A stretch of DNA of 21,879 nucleotides from Nitrospirota bacterium (GCA_040754455.1 JBFMCP010000046.1:1-21879); one strand, 5' to 3'. Shown: positions 8,332 through 16,491, counted from the first letter of the stretch. Translations and numbers: made by a program. The notes: generated by a model from the sequence alone, not told the origin.

Positions 8332-9413
8332 TTATAAGCCCGTCGCCATCCCGCTGCGGGCCGCCTTTTCCTTTCTGCTGATGAATACGATTCCTCTATT
8401 GACAAACAGGTCGAGCACAAATGAGCCTGTCGCATGGAGCACAAAATAGCACGAGAAGACCGTAAAAAAGAAATAATCGTGCAGTCTGGCGACGGTGCCG
8501 CACAGCGCGACAAGCGCAAAGAATGCGGTGATGGAAAGGATCACCATGACCGTAGCCTGTGGGAAAATCCCAGCTTCAGCAGAAGATGGTGCATATGGTT
8601 GTTGTCCGCACAGAATGGGCTTTTGTTCTGAAACATCCTCTTGAACATAACCGTTACTGTATCAATGACGGGCACTGCCAGCACCAGCAGCGGAACGACC
8701 GGTGAAATGCCCGCACCGCTCTGCTGGGTCAAGCGTATGGAGAAAAAGGCGAGTATGAAACCGAGCATGAGACTGCCCGCATCTCCCATAAACAACTTCG
8801 ACGGGTACCAGTTGTACCGCAGGAAACCGATCAGTGCGCCGATCAGCACCAGAGCAAGCATAAACAGATCGGTCTGGTGGTCGATATACGCTGCGGCAGC
8901 AAACGTGCTGAGGGCTATAAGGGAAATGCCGCCCGCAAGCCCGTCGAGCCCGTCGGCCATATTGATCGCATTGACGACCCCGATCGTGCAGAATATCGTG
9001 GCAGGCACCGCCAGCACGCCGAGCGTTATTGTCCCTGTCGAGAAGAGGTCACCGAACGACAGCAGAAACGTCCCCCTGCTGAGATTCATCATGACGATCG
9101 CCGCAAAAATCTGGACGAGGAACTTCCAGCGGTGCGTGGATTCGCGATAATCATCGAGACAGCCGATGACGAAGAGCATGGCGCTGCCTGCATATAGGCC
9201 GTAGAGCGATTCGTTCGGTACGAACAGGAGCGCACCGGCAAAGAGCGCCAGGGTGATCCCGATACCGCCGACAAGCGGTTTCGGGGCGGCGTGCACTTTT
9301 CTCTCCTCGGGATAATCGAGAAGCCCCATTCTGCAAGCAAAGCGCGATAGGAGGGGAAGGATAGCAAGAGCTATTCCGAACGAGGTCATCGCCGCAAGAG
9401 CCATCGTATACAT
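8332..9413 (-). pseudogene. wecA: MraY/WecA-family (Glycos_transf_4) UDP-HexNAc:undecaprenyl-phosphate HexNAc-1-P transferase, frameshifted near the 3' end (real lesion or assembly error)
   Basis: Motifs D.P..RKVH..P.P.VGG, GCLDD, NAINMADGLDGLAGG, LFMGDAGS and PF.AD..HMHHLL. The frame ends GFSHRLRSW* at 8541, and hydrophobic ATVMVILSITAFF... continues in the -1 frame to 8332. One added base gives ~360 aa from ATG 9413 (GGAGG 8 nt upstream). An alternative start at 9527 also has an RBS. Confidence 0.85.
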
Positions 9414-9554
9414 TTGCATGCCCTCCACATATCCATCCGGTACCTTTATGGGTGCAGTTAGCCAGCTAACTTTAAGGATACCTATTATATCAGACATCGT
9501 AATTAGAAATATATGATGGAATTCCATAATATCCTTACCTCCGCAAGGTTAAAA

Positions 9555-9570
9555 AGCAAGATCGATGCCA
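9555..9570 (-). promoter_or_regulatory. Sigma54 (RpoN) -24/-12 promoter upstream of the export operon
   Basis: Minus strand reads TGGCATCGATCTTGCT, matching TGGCAY-N5-TTGCW with exact GG-N10-GC spacing; intergenic and oriented toward wecA. Confidence 0.8.
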
Positions 9571-9571
9571 C

Positions 9572-9592
9572 CTGAATTTTGCCAAAATTCAG
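9572..9592. promoter_or_regulatory. Perfect 9-bp inverted repeat next to the sigma54 -24 box; candidate operator
   Basis: CTGAATTTT-GCC-AAAATTCAG. Confidence 0.45.
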
Positions 9593-9879
9593 ACAGTTCC
9601 GCCAATGATCGAGCGTTAAAAATACATACAAAATCATTCTGGATAGTTCATTTTGAACTGATAAAAATTTGAGACATAAGTTGCAGGTGTAAATAACCCC
9701 TTGGTTTGAGTGAAATCACCCCTATGGTGTACAGGTAAAGTGATTACCGTTGTGGTCTGATTGTTGACTCATCTTAACAAAATGATATCTTTACGGGAGA
9801 GGATGCGGCTGAGGATGAGATTGATCAATAAAGACAAGTGTGGCACTGAGAAAAGATAGAGATCAAAACATGCAGATTG

Positions 9880-9923
9880 ATACACGTGGAAGGGAGCGGA
9901 ACCCCCACCCCTTCCACGTATAT
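9880..9923 (-). terminator. Long hairpin downstream of the large secreted protein gene
   Basis: ACGTGGAAGGG (9884-9894) pairs perfectly with CCCTTCCACGT (9909-9919), extendable to about 16 bp with G-U pairs on the minus strand. Starts 27 nt after the stop at 9950; no clear U-tract. Confidence 0.6.
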
Positions 9924-9949
9924 TTGTTCAATCAACGATCAACGATTGC

Positions 9950-12900
9950 TCACTTCACCACCGGAGTATCGGTACCGAGGCCGAACCTGAAGACATTATC
10001 CGCTCCGGCGTCCCAGACTCCATTGCCGTTGTCCAGATACCACTTCCCTGCACGGAACACCCCGATCTCGGTCGACCCGTTGCCGTCCCAGTCTCCGGTC
10101 ACCGGGATGTCGGTGGAAAGACCGAATGTGTAGACCAGATCAATACCGGCATCCCATCTGCCGTTACCATTGATATCCAGATACCACTTCCCTGCACGGA
10201 ACACCCCGATCTCGGTCGACCCATTGCCGTCCCAGTCTCCGGTCACCGGGATATCGGTGGAAAGACCGAATGTGTAGACCAGATCAATACCGGCATCCCA
10301 GCTGCCGTTACCATTGATATCCAGATACCACTTCCCTGCACGGAACACCCCGATCTCGGTCGACCCATTGCCGTCCCAGTCTCCGGTCACAGGTTTATCT
10401 CCCGCCATTCCGAAGGTGTACACCGCGTCAGCTCCCGGGTCCCAGACTCCATTGCCGTTCATATCCAGATACCATTTGCCGCTCCGGAATACGCCGATCT
10501 CCTTCGTGCCGTTGCCGTCCCAGTCCCCCGTTACCGGAATGTCCGTTGCAAGACCAAACCTGAAGACATTATCCACTCCGGCGTCCCAGACTCCATTGCC
10601 GTTGTCCAGATACCAAACACCGCTGCGGAACGTGCCGATATGGCTCGGCACAGCGGCACTATAGGTAAACTGCTCCTCTGCGATAGAGATGTCCGGGAAC
10701 CCTTCTCCCGAACTGTCGATCTCCGACATGACGAATAAGTAGTATGTTTCACCCTCGTTCAGCGGCTGCCATCCGTCGTAGACAACGTTGGTCGTCGTGG
10801 AAGGGAGATTATACTTGTTCCATATCGTGGTATGGGAACTGTCGCGCAGCTCGACGCTGTAGCCCGTCGCATTGGCAATGCCGGTCCATGAGAAAGTGAT
10901 CTGACCGCTCGGGTCTCCGACAGCCCTGAGATTCGTTGCAAAGTCCTGTACGTACCCGCTTATCGTCCGGTCATACTCGATGACCGTTCCGTCCTGTAAT
11001 GTGATGATAAAGTGATAGACGGCAGGCTCATCAGGCGGCGTTGCACCGAGATTCGGATGCTGCTCGAGCATCCAGACTCTATCGTCCCAAGGGTTTTGTA
11101 TCAAAGAGACCGTCCCTTCCAGCCCCGGGCCGGTTACTTCGGCGTATGAGACCGCATATCCTTCGTCATACACCATCGGGTTCGCATAGTACGCATCGCC
11201 GTAGTGCGAGGACGTCGCAGCGGCCCCCATCAGGTTCCCGGTCTCGAGCGCTACATACGGATAGAGATCTGGGAAGCTGGGTATGGTCGCTCCTTCGGGG
11301 AGGATTTCGGAAAGGTCGACAGGAGAAAAATCCCCTCCCCCTTCATTCCCGAAGTCGTCATAATAATAAAAACCTGCGGAGAGTTGGTTCCCCCAATTAT
11401 TCATATACAGCTCGATCGACACTTTCGAGGGATCCGGGATGTCGCCGGCCACATATTCCTCATTCCACACATCCTCGTCAGTGACTGCGTCGTATATATA
11501 TGCTCTGACGATAAGCGCTTTGTCATACTCGTCGCCGTCATACCATCCGGTGAACCAGGTTACATCCATGCCGGTCCGGTACCGCGGCCCAGTAGGATCT
11601 CCCTTGTCCATCCCGATCGAATAGCTGTAGAACTGCTGCTTGAGCGTGAGGTCCACGTCGAAATTCTTCAACATCACGTCATAGCTCCAGTCAGTCGTCG
11701 CGGGCGCCACAACGCCGTCGGCGTAGAACGCGGCAACGCCCTCATCGCCGGTCGTCATCGTACAGACGCTGTTGGCTGTATCAAGGTTCAGGCCGAGGTT
11801 GCCGAAATACGTGCCCCACAGGTAGGTTGCGGTTGCATCATCATTCGGTTTTGACAAGATTGCGGACTCAGGTATAGGAATGCTGTTGCCGTCCTGTACA
11901 CCATCGTTGAAATCGTATCCTATCCCACGTCCGGAATCGTCCCAATAAAAGAAGTACTCGATATCAGCTTTAACCTGAGGCGCCATCGGATCGGACTGCA
12001 GGATCACGCCGTTGCCGCCGGCGACGACAAACGTGCCGAGGGCATAGACCTCGGGTCTGAGCGTTGCATCAGTTCCTGAGTTGCGCTGCGTCCAGGTCAC
12101 GCCATCCGTGGAGGTGAGGATCACACCGCCGTCGCCGACCGCGACGAATACGCCGTTGCCGAAGGCGACTCTCAGAGAGGCGGTAATGCCGTCTATTGAC
12201 CGCGACGTCCAGTTCGCCCCGTCGGGAGACGTGACAATGGCGCCGCTGTCACCCACTGCTACGAAAATGCCATTGCCATACGTAATTCCCCTCAAGTTAT
12301 TGGTCGTTCCAGAGGTGGCTGCTGTCCAGGTCGAGCCATCGCTGGATGTTGTTATCGCCCCGTTCGCACCTACAGCGACGAACAGGCCGTTTTCATAGAG
12401 CACCCGGTAGAGGTTTTCCGTGGTCCCAGAAACAGCCGAGGACCAGGTCGTTCCGTCTCCGGAATAGAGAATCGTTCCGCTGTTACCCACCGCCACAAAA
12501 AGGCCGTTGCCTTTGGTGATCCTGTTAAGATTCGCCCCGGTCGCCCATGTCTGGGAGTTCCATGCCAGGTTCCCCAATTCGTCAAAAGAAGAGGTTACAA
12601 TAGTGCCGGCTTCGCCGACAGCAACGAACGTATTGTTGTCCGGATTATACGTCACACCGTACAGATCGTTGGTCGTCCCTGAATCGGGGAAATCCACCGA
12701 CACATCACTCGCTACCACAATCGTGCCGCCGGTCCCGACAACGACAACAAAGTCGTTGCCGGCGGCGATCCTGGTGAACGAGGGTATAGGGGTGATCTCC
12801 GGCAGAGGTGTTTCCGGAGGAGCCCAGTTCTTGCCGTCGTGTGAAAGAAGAACCGTACCGTTCGCGCCGACCGCGATAAATTCGCCGTTGATATACTTGA

Positions 12901-13054
12901 TGTCATTGATCATGTTCTCGGTGCCTGATGTCCGCGGATGCCATACATCAAGCGCGTCGGCATGTGCTGAAGGCAAAAAAACCGACAGATGTAAAAGGCC
13001 AAGCAGGAAAAACAATAAAAATACTCTCAACTTGGTAAATCGTTCACCTCTCAT
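9950..13054 (-). CDS. Large secreted/surface protein, ~1034 aa: N-terminal Asp-box/BNR-like beta-propeller, unknown acidic middle region, C-terminal FG-GAP/VCBS-like repeats
   Basis: Signal peptide ending SAHA; eight FVAVGxxGxIxxSxDGxxW-type repeats; five C-terminal 47-48-aa repeats (IGVFRxGKWYLDxNGNGxWDxGxDxVYxFGLxTDIPVTGDWDGNG). ATG 13054 follows GGAGGAGGAG. Confidence 0.88.
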   Translation of the reverse strand: MRGERFTKLRVFLLFFLLGLLHLSVFLPSAHADALDVWHPRTSGTENMINDIKYINGEFIAVGANGTVLLSHDGKNWAPPETPLPEITPIPSFTRIAAGNDFVVVVGTGGTIVVASDVSVDFPDSGTTNDLYGVTYNPDNNTFVAVGEAGTIVTSSFDELGNLAWNSQTWATGANLNRITKGNGLFVAVGNSGTILYSGDGTTWSSAVSGTTENLYRVLYENGLFVAVGANGAITTSSDGSTWTAATSGTTNNLRGITYGNGIFVAVGDSGAIVTSPDGANWTSRSIDGITASLRVAFGNGVFVAVGDGGVILTSTDGVTWTQRNSGTDATLRPEVYALGTFVVAGGNGVILQSDPMAPQVKADIEYFFYWDDSGRGIGYDFNDGVQDGNSIPIPESAILSKPNDDATATYLWGTYFGNLGLNLDTANSVCTMTTGDEGVAAFYADGVVAPATTDWSYDVMLKNFDVDLTLKQQFYSYSIGMDKGDPTGPRYRTGMDVTWFTGWYDGDEYDKALIVRAYIYDAVTDEDVWNEEYVAGDIPDPSKVSIELYMNNWGNQLSAGFYYYDDFGNEGGGDFSPVDLSEILPEGATIPSFPDLYPYVALETGNLMGAAATSSHYGDAYYANPMVYDEGYAVSYAEVTGPGLEGTVSLIQNPWDDRVWMLEQHPNLGATPPDEPAVYHFIITLQDGTVIEYDRTISGYVQDFATNLRAVGDPSGQITFSWTGIANATGYSVELRDSSHTTIWNKYNLPSTTTNVVYDGWQPLNEGETYYLFVMSEIDSSGEGFPDISIAEEQFTYSAAVPSHIGTFRSGVWYLDNGNGVWDAGVDNVFRFGLATDIPVTGDWDGNGTKEIGVFRSGKWYLDMNGNGVWDPGADAVYTFGMAGDKPVTGDWDGNGSTEIGVFRAGKWYLDINGNGSWDAGIDLVYTFGLSTDIPVTGDWDGNGSTEIGVFRAGKWYLDINGNGRWDAGIDLVYTFGLSTDIPVTGDWDGNGSTEIGVFRAGKWYLDNGNGVWDAGADNVFRFGLGTDTPVVK
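9953..10640 (-). repeat. Intragenic tandem repeat, five units of 144/141 bp
   Basis: The anchor TCCAGATACCA recurs at 10032, 10176, 10320, 10464 and 10605 (spacing 144, 144, 144, 141). The units starting 10032 and 10176 differ at only 3 positions by eye. Confidence 0.92.
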
Positions 13055-13182
13055 TGCTCTCTCCTCCTCCACGTTGTGCTGAATAAGAGTGTCTTCAACC
13101 CTCTATCTGAATGTACTTCTACCAAAGTTCCCGGCCGAGTTCAAGTCCTGTAGAAAGCGAAGCAGTTAAAATACAAGCATTT

Positions 13183-13225
13183 ATTATACCGATTTATACG
13201 TCCGAGGTGGAAAATTTAATTTTCC
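13183..13225 (-). promoter_or_regulatory. Putative sigma70 promoter of the large secreted protein gene, with a palindromic site over the -35 region
   Basis: Perfect TATAAT at 13188-13183 (minus) and a weak -35 (TTCCAC, 18-nt spacer) overlapped by GGAAAATT-T-AATTTTCC (13209-13225). Confidence 0.4.
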
Positions 13226-13484
13226 GTTTTTACAGTAACTTACAGCTGCAGTGCAGCAAGGGAGATGCAACTGAAGCGGGAAAAAAGAAGATTTTGGGTG
13301 AAATGGCGCCGACCAGCGGCGTGATATTGCCCCATACTTTCAGCAACTTAGGTTGCTTTTTGTTCGACCCGAGTTCAATTATTTCTCGGTTTTGAAATGA
13401 GAATGCGGAAGAGGAATGAGGGGGTGGAGACGAAAATGCGGCGCCAGAGGAGGCGGGGTTCGCGAGCCTGCTCAGTTTCTCTTA

Positions 13485-13514
13485 TTGACAATCTCCGGCA
13501 CGGAGAAGTATAGT
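13485..13514 (+). promoter_or_regulatory. Sigma70 promoter of the AAA ATPase gene, probably leaderless
   Basis: TTGACA (13485-13490), 18-nt spacer, TATAGT (13509-13514); the expected +1 falls at about 13521, the A of the ATG. Confidence 0.7.
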
Positions 13515-13520
13515 AGACAA

Positions 13521-14768
13521 ATGAAAGATAATATTTCACATAATGAAATAATTTATTTCAAAAGAAGGCTGGCGTCACGAATCAGAGAGGCGGTCGAGAA
13601 GTTTCCGGTAGTGGTGGTTACCGGCGCACGCCAGGTAGGCAAAAGCACAATGCTGCAAAATGAGTTCGATGATTTTGCCTATCTGACGATGGATGACTAT
13701 GACCTTATGGAGAGAGGCCGCCTTGATCCCCAAACGCTTTGGAAGGGTAAAGATCGCGTCGTCATCGACGAAGCGCAAAAGCTCCCGAGCTTGTTCAATG
13801 CAATCAAACTAGCGGTCGACAGCTCACATAAGAGGAAGCGTTTTATCCTTTCAGGATCATCGAACCTGCTTCTTTTGAAAAAGGTGACCGAATCGCTTGC
13901 AGGAAGGGCTCTCTACTTCGACTTGCTGCCGATGACTTACGGTGAAGCAGAGGGCAGCACAGCTCCGGAAAACTTCTTCCGTTTGTGGGCTCCACGACAT
14001 ATCGAGCCTGAGCAGACACTGCAAGATCGTTCGCCACTGAAGTTCCTGATGAGAGGATTTATGCCTCCTGTGCTGGGAATGAAAGACCACGGTGACGTCC
14101 TCCTCTGGCTCGAAGGGTACGTAAAAACCTATCTCGAGAGAGACCTGCGCGAGCTTTCACAGGTGGAGTCGCTGATAGATTTCAGAAAAGTAATGCAAAC
14201 TCTCGCCCTAAGGACCGGCAATATCCTGAATCAGGCTGATATTGCTAAAGACAGCGGGATCAGCCATCCTACAACGCATCGGTACATAAAGCTTCTCGAA
14301 ATATCCAATATCATTCAGAGAGTGCCCGGCTTTTTCGGCAACAGAGGCAAGCGTGTAGTAAAATCGCCTAAAGTACATTTTATTGATCCGGCTCTGAGTA
14401 TATTCCTGTCAGGCTATTTCGATGAGGAGTCTCTGCTGCAGTCACGGGAGCTTGGAGGCTTTTTCGAGACTATGGTCTATTTGCATGTGCGCTCCCTCTG
14501 TGAGATGATGAAACCGCGAGCAACTGTTCATTACTGGCGTACGACAACGGGGAAAGAGGTGGATTTTGTCATTGAGCACGGCAAGAAACTTCTCGCTGTC
14601 GAGGCGAAGATGACCGACAATCCCACTGTTAATGACATCAAGAGTCTTCTTTTCTTCATGGATGAACATCCGGAGACAGTCAGGGGAGTCCTCGTACACA
14701 GCGGCACTGCAATAAAATGGCTTCATTCCAAAATATTCGCCATCCCTTGGTGGTGGCTTGACCTTTGA
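13521..14768 (+). CDS. AAA_14 / DUF4143 ATP-binding protein, ~415 aa
   Basis: Walker A VVVVTGARQVGKST, Walker B VVIDEAQK, ILSGSS, ESLAGR, YLERD, KSPK.HF.D and a C-terminal PD-(D/E)xK-like EVDFVIE...AVEAK. The track start at 13416 lies upstream of the promoter, so the start was reassigned. Confidence 0.92.
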   Translation: MKDNISHNEIIYFKRRLASRIREAVEKFPVVVVTGARQVGKSTMLQNEFDDFAYLTMDDYDLMERGRLDPQTLWKGKDRVVIDEAQKLPSLFNAIKLAVDSSHKRKRFILSGSSNLLLLKKVTESLAGRALYFDLLPMTYGEAEGSTAPENFFRLWAPRHIEPEQTLQDRSPLKFLMRGFMPPVLGMKDHGDVLLWLEGYVKTYLERDLRELSQVESLIDFRKVMQTLALRTGNILNQADIAKDSGISHPTTHRYIKLLEISNIIQRVPGFFGNRGKRVVKSPKVHFIDPALSIFLSGYFDEESLLQSRELGGFFETMVYLHVRSLCEMMKPRATVHYWRTTTGKEVDFVIEHGKKLLAVEAKMTDNPTVNDIKSLLFFMDEHPETVRGVLVHSGTAIKWLHSKIFAIPWWWLDL

Positions 14769-14897
14769 TACCCAAAAGAGCTGCTTTGGACGTTTGCGCT
14801 TTTGCACAGCGACCGGTCGTTTCTACTCTTTTGACCTTGTCTCTTGGTAACGTCTTCACTTAGAGCCTATTTCAGTAGGCGTGTCTGATGTGGCAAA

Positions 14898-15301
14898 GTG
14901 AACCTCCCCGCGGCAAGCCGCGGGGCATCTTAGGCGCAGCTACAAAGACAGCTGCGCAGGCCCTTGCTCGATCTCTCTATGATGCTGTATATACTTCTCA
15001 ATTATTTGCCGAGTCATACGGTCCCCAACAGTTCTGGCAAAATATCCATCCTCCCACAGCTCTCCAGCCCACAGCTTTTTCTTTATCCTCGGAAACTCGC
15101 GAAACAACTCTCGTGCGCTTATGCGTTTCACTATCCTGACCACTTCTCCTATTGAACGCTTTGGGGGAAACGATACCAGAAGGTGTACATGATCAACTGC
15201 CACCTCCATTTCCTGTATCTCTATCTCATATTCTTCACATATTTCCTGGATCAGTTTTTCTGCCCGCTCTCTTATCGGCACTTCATTGGAATATCTTCTT
15301 G
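14898..15301 (-). mobile_element. IS200/IS605-family element remnant (tnpA only, left end missing)
   Basis: Right-end hairpin CCCCGCGGC-AA-GCCGCGGGG (14906-14925), followed on the minus strand by AGGTTCAC, a typical right-end boundary. No room for tnpB between the tnpA stop and the hairpin. The 5' part is cut by the IS481 end at 15302. Confidence 0.85.
14940..15301 (-). pseudogene. tnpA: Y1 (HUH) transposase TnpA, N-terminally truncated
   Basis: HUH motif DHVHLL, K.ISAR, LW..GYF.RTVG and catalytic Tyr in KYIQHH. The N-terminal YH.VW..KYR segment is absent, and a residual KKIF is out of frame by one base. Confidence 0.88.
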
Positions 15302-15743
15302 TGTAGTAGCCATGACTTGATCTGACACCCCGCCCATTAAGCTACCACTTCTCCTCACATCTTCTCCTTTGCCAGGTGTAAGGATTCCCTGAATGTCTGC
15401 ATCGGGGTCTTGCCATAGCAGTATTTACCGCTCTGTGTCCTCTGTTCATTGTACTCAATGAGCCACTGGTCAAGGTCGGCCTGAAGCTCATCAAGGCTAT
15501 TATACACCTTTTTCCTGAAGGCCACCCTGTAAAATTCGTCAAGCACGGTCTTGTGAAATCTCTCACATATCCCGTTTGACTGAGGGGATTTAGCCTTCGT
15601 GCGGCTGTGCTCTATGTCCTCCAGAGCACGGTAAAGCTGGTATTCATGATGCTCCCGGTTGCCGCAGTATTCGGTGCCCCTCCTCCTTCTTAAAAATCGT
15701 GTCTATTTTACAAGGAATGTCAGATTAAGTCTTGTCTATTCCA
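15302..15743 (-). mobile_element. Internally deleted IS481-family element (442 bp) with both terminal inverted repeats
   Basis: IRR TGTAGTAGCCATGACTTGATCTGACA (15302-15327, +) and IRL TGGAATAGACAAGACTTAATCTGACA (15743-15718, -) match at 21/26 positions and enclose a transposase C-terminal fragment. Confidence 0.85.
15355..15681 (-). pseudogene. IS481-family DDE transposase, C-terminal fragment
   Basis: Manual translation: RGTEYCGNREHHEYQLYRALEDIEHSRTKAKSPQSNGICERFHKTVLDEFYRVAFRKKVYNSLDELQADLDQWLIEYNEQRTQSGKYCYGKTPMQTF..., an integrase core with PQxNGxxERF. No start codon and no N-terminal HTH. Confidence 0.88.
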
Positions 15744-16491
15744 TTTTTTTAAAAAACTGGGGCAATTTTGAAATGTTCTTTAACGGAATGGTATAAAACT
15801 TTCTATCGAGGTTATTAATCTTCCATGCTTTATAATCTTCAGCGGTTTTAACTATCATATTTCTAAGGTTTCGATTGCTTGCGCCGCCTACTCTCATTTT
15901 AATGAGCACTTCAGGTATGTAATGCGTTGTTATCTTGTGCTTCACAAGAAAACGCAGCATCAGTTCATAATCCGCTGCAATTCTGAAATCAGTATTGAAG
16001 TAGCCGTAGTTGTCGTATATCTTTTTCTTCACAAAAAATGTAGGGTGCGGCGGCATCCAACCCCGGTAAAACAGATTACCAGCATAATTACATGATTTCC
16101 AGAAGCGTATTATCTTTTCAATATCGTGTTTATCAACATAGAGGAGATCGCCGTAGCAACTGTCGACATTGTGCTTCGTCATTTCGGATACGACTCTCTC
16201 TATGACTCTCTTATCAGCATAAAGATCGTCAGCGTGCAGGAAGCCGACAATATCGCCTGTTGCCAGTCCAAGTCCTTTATTCAGGGCATCATAAATTCCT
16301 TCATCAGGCTTGCTTATCCATTTTGAAATCCCGCTGCCATGTTCTTTAATGATATTGACGGTTCCGTCGGTTGAGCCGCCGTCGATAATTATATATTCGA
16401 TATCTTTGTAGGTTTGTCCGCTGACGCTTTTGATGCAGTCCTCAATGTATGCTTCATTGTTGAAAACAGCGGTTATAATGGAAACTTTCAT
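15736..16491 (-). CDS. Glycosyltransferase family 2 (WcaE-like)
   Basis: MKVSIIT..FN, IIIDGGSTDGT, D.GIYDALNKG, FLHADD, PPHP.FF, AADYE and MRVGGASN motifs. Confidence 0.93.
   Translation of the reverse strand: MKVSIITAVFNNEAYIEDCIKSVSGQTYKDIEYIIIDGGSTDGTVNIIKEHGSGISKWISKPDEGIYDALNKGLGLATGDIVGFLHADDLYADKRVIERVVSEMTKHNVDSCYGDLLYVDKHDIEKIIRFWKSCNYAGNLFYRGWMPPHPTFFVKKKIYDNYGYFNTDFRIAADYELMLRFLVKHKITTHYIPEVLIKMRVGGASNRNLRNMIVKTAEDYKAWKINNLDRKFYTIPLKNISKLPQFFKKME

Noticed and set aside
8332..8547. 71-aa ORF as an independent membrane protein
   Set aside because: Better explained as the out-of-frame C-terminus of the WecA-like gene.
8551..8572. Programmed -1 ribosomal frameshift in wecA
   Set aside because: No correctly phased X XXY YYZ slippery heptamer and no obvious downstream stimulatory structure.
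9841..9856. TGGCAC on the plus strand as a sigma54 -24 box
   Set aside because: No TTGC at the -12 position and no plus-strand gene downstream.
9953..10640. Repeats considered as a CRISPR array or a DGR template/variable pair
   Set aside because: Units are contiguous, in frame and coding, with no unique spacers. Differences are not adenine-specific, and no cas or reverse transcriptase gene is in the window.
7779..13054. PEP-CTERM/exosortase sorting of the secreted proteins
   Set aside because: Neither secreted protein ends in PEP-TM-basic residues, and no exosortase is in the window; one elsewhere in the genome cannot be excluded.
11204..13082. Plus-strand ORFs 11204-11854 and 12507-13082, and similar short antisense ORFs throughout
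   Set aside because: Antisense to well-supported genes and without recognisable motifs.
13416..13520. 35-aa N-terminal extension of the AAA ATPase in the ORF track
   Set aside because: Spans the gene's own -35/-10 promoter and does not look like part of the family.
14861..14890. Short dyad GCCTA-N6-TAGGC resembling an IS end or terminator
   Set aside because: Only a 5-bp stem, with no partner end or transposase; could be chance.
14898..14940. TnpB/omega-RNA system associated with the IS200/IS605 element
   Set aside because: The right-end hairpin lies about 15 nt after the tnpA stop, and no tnpB or iscB coding sequence is visible.
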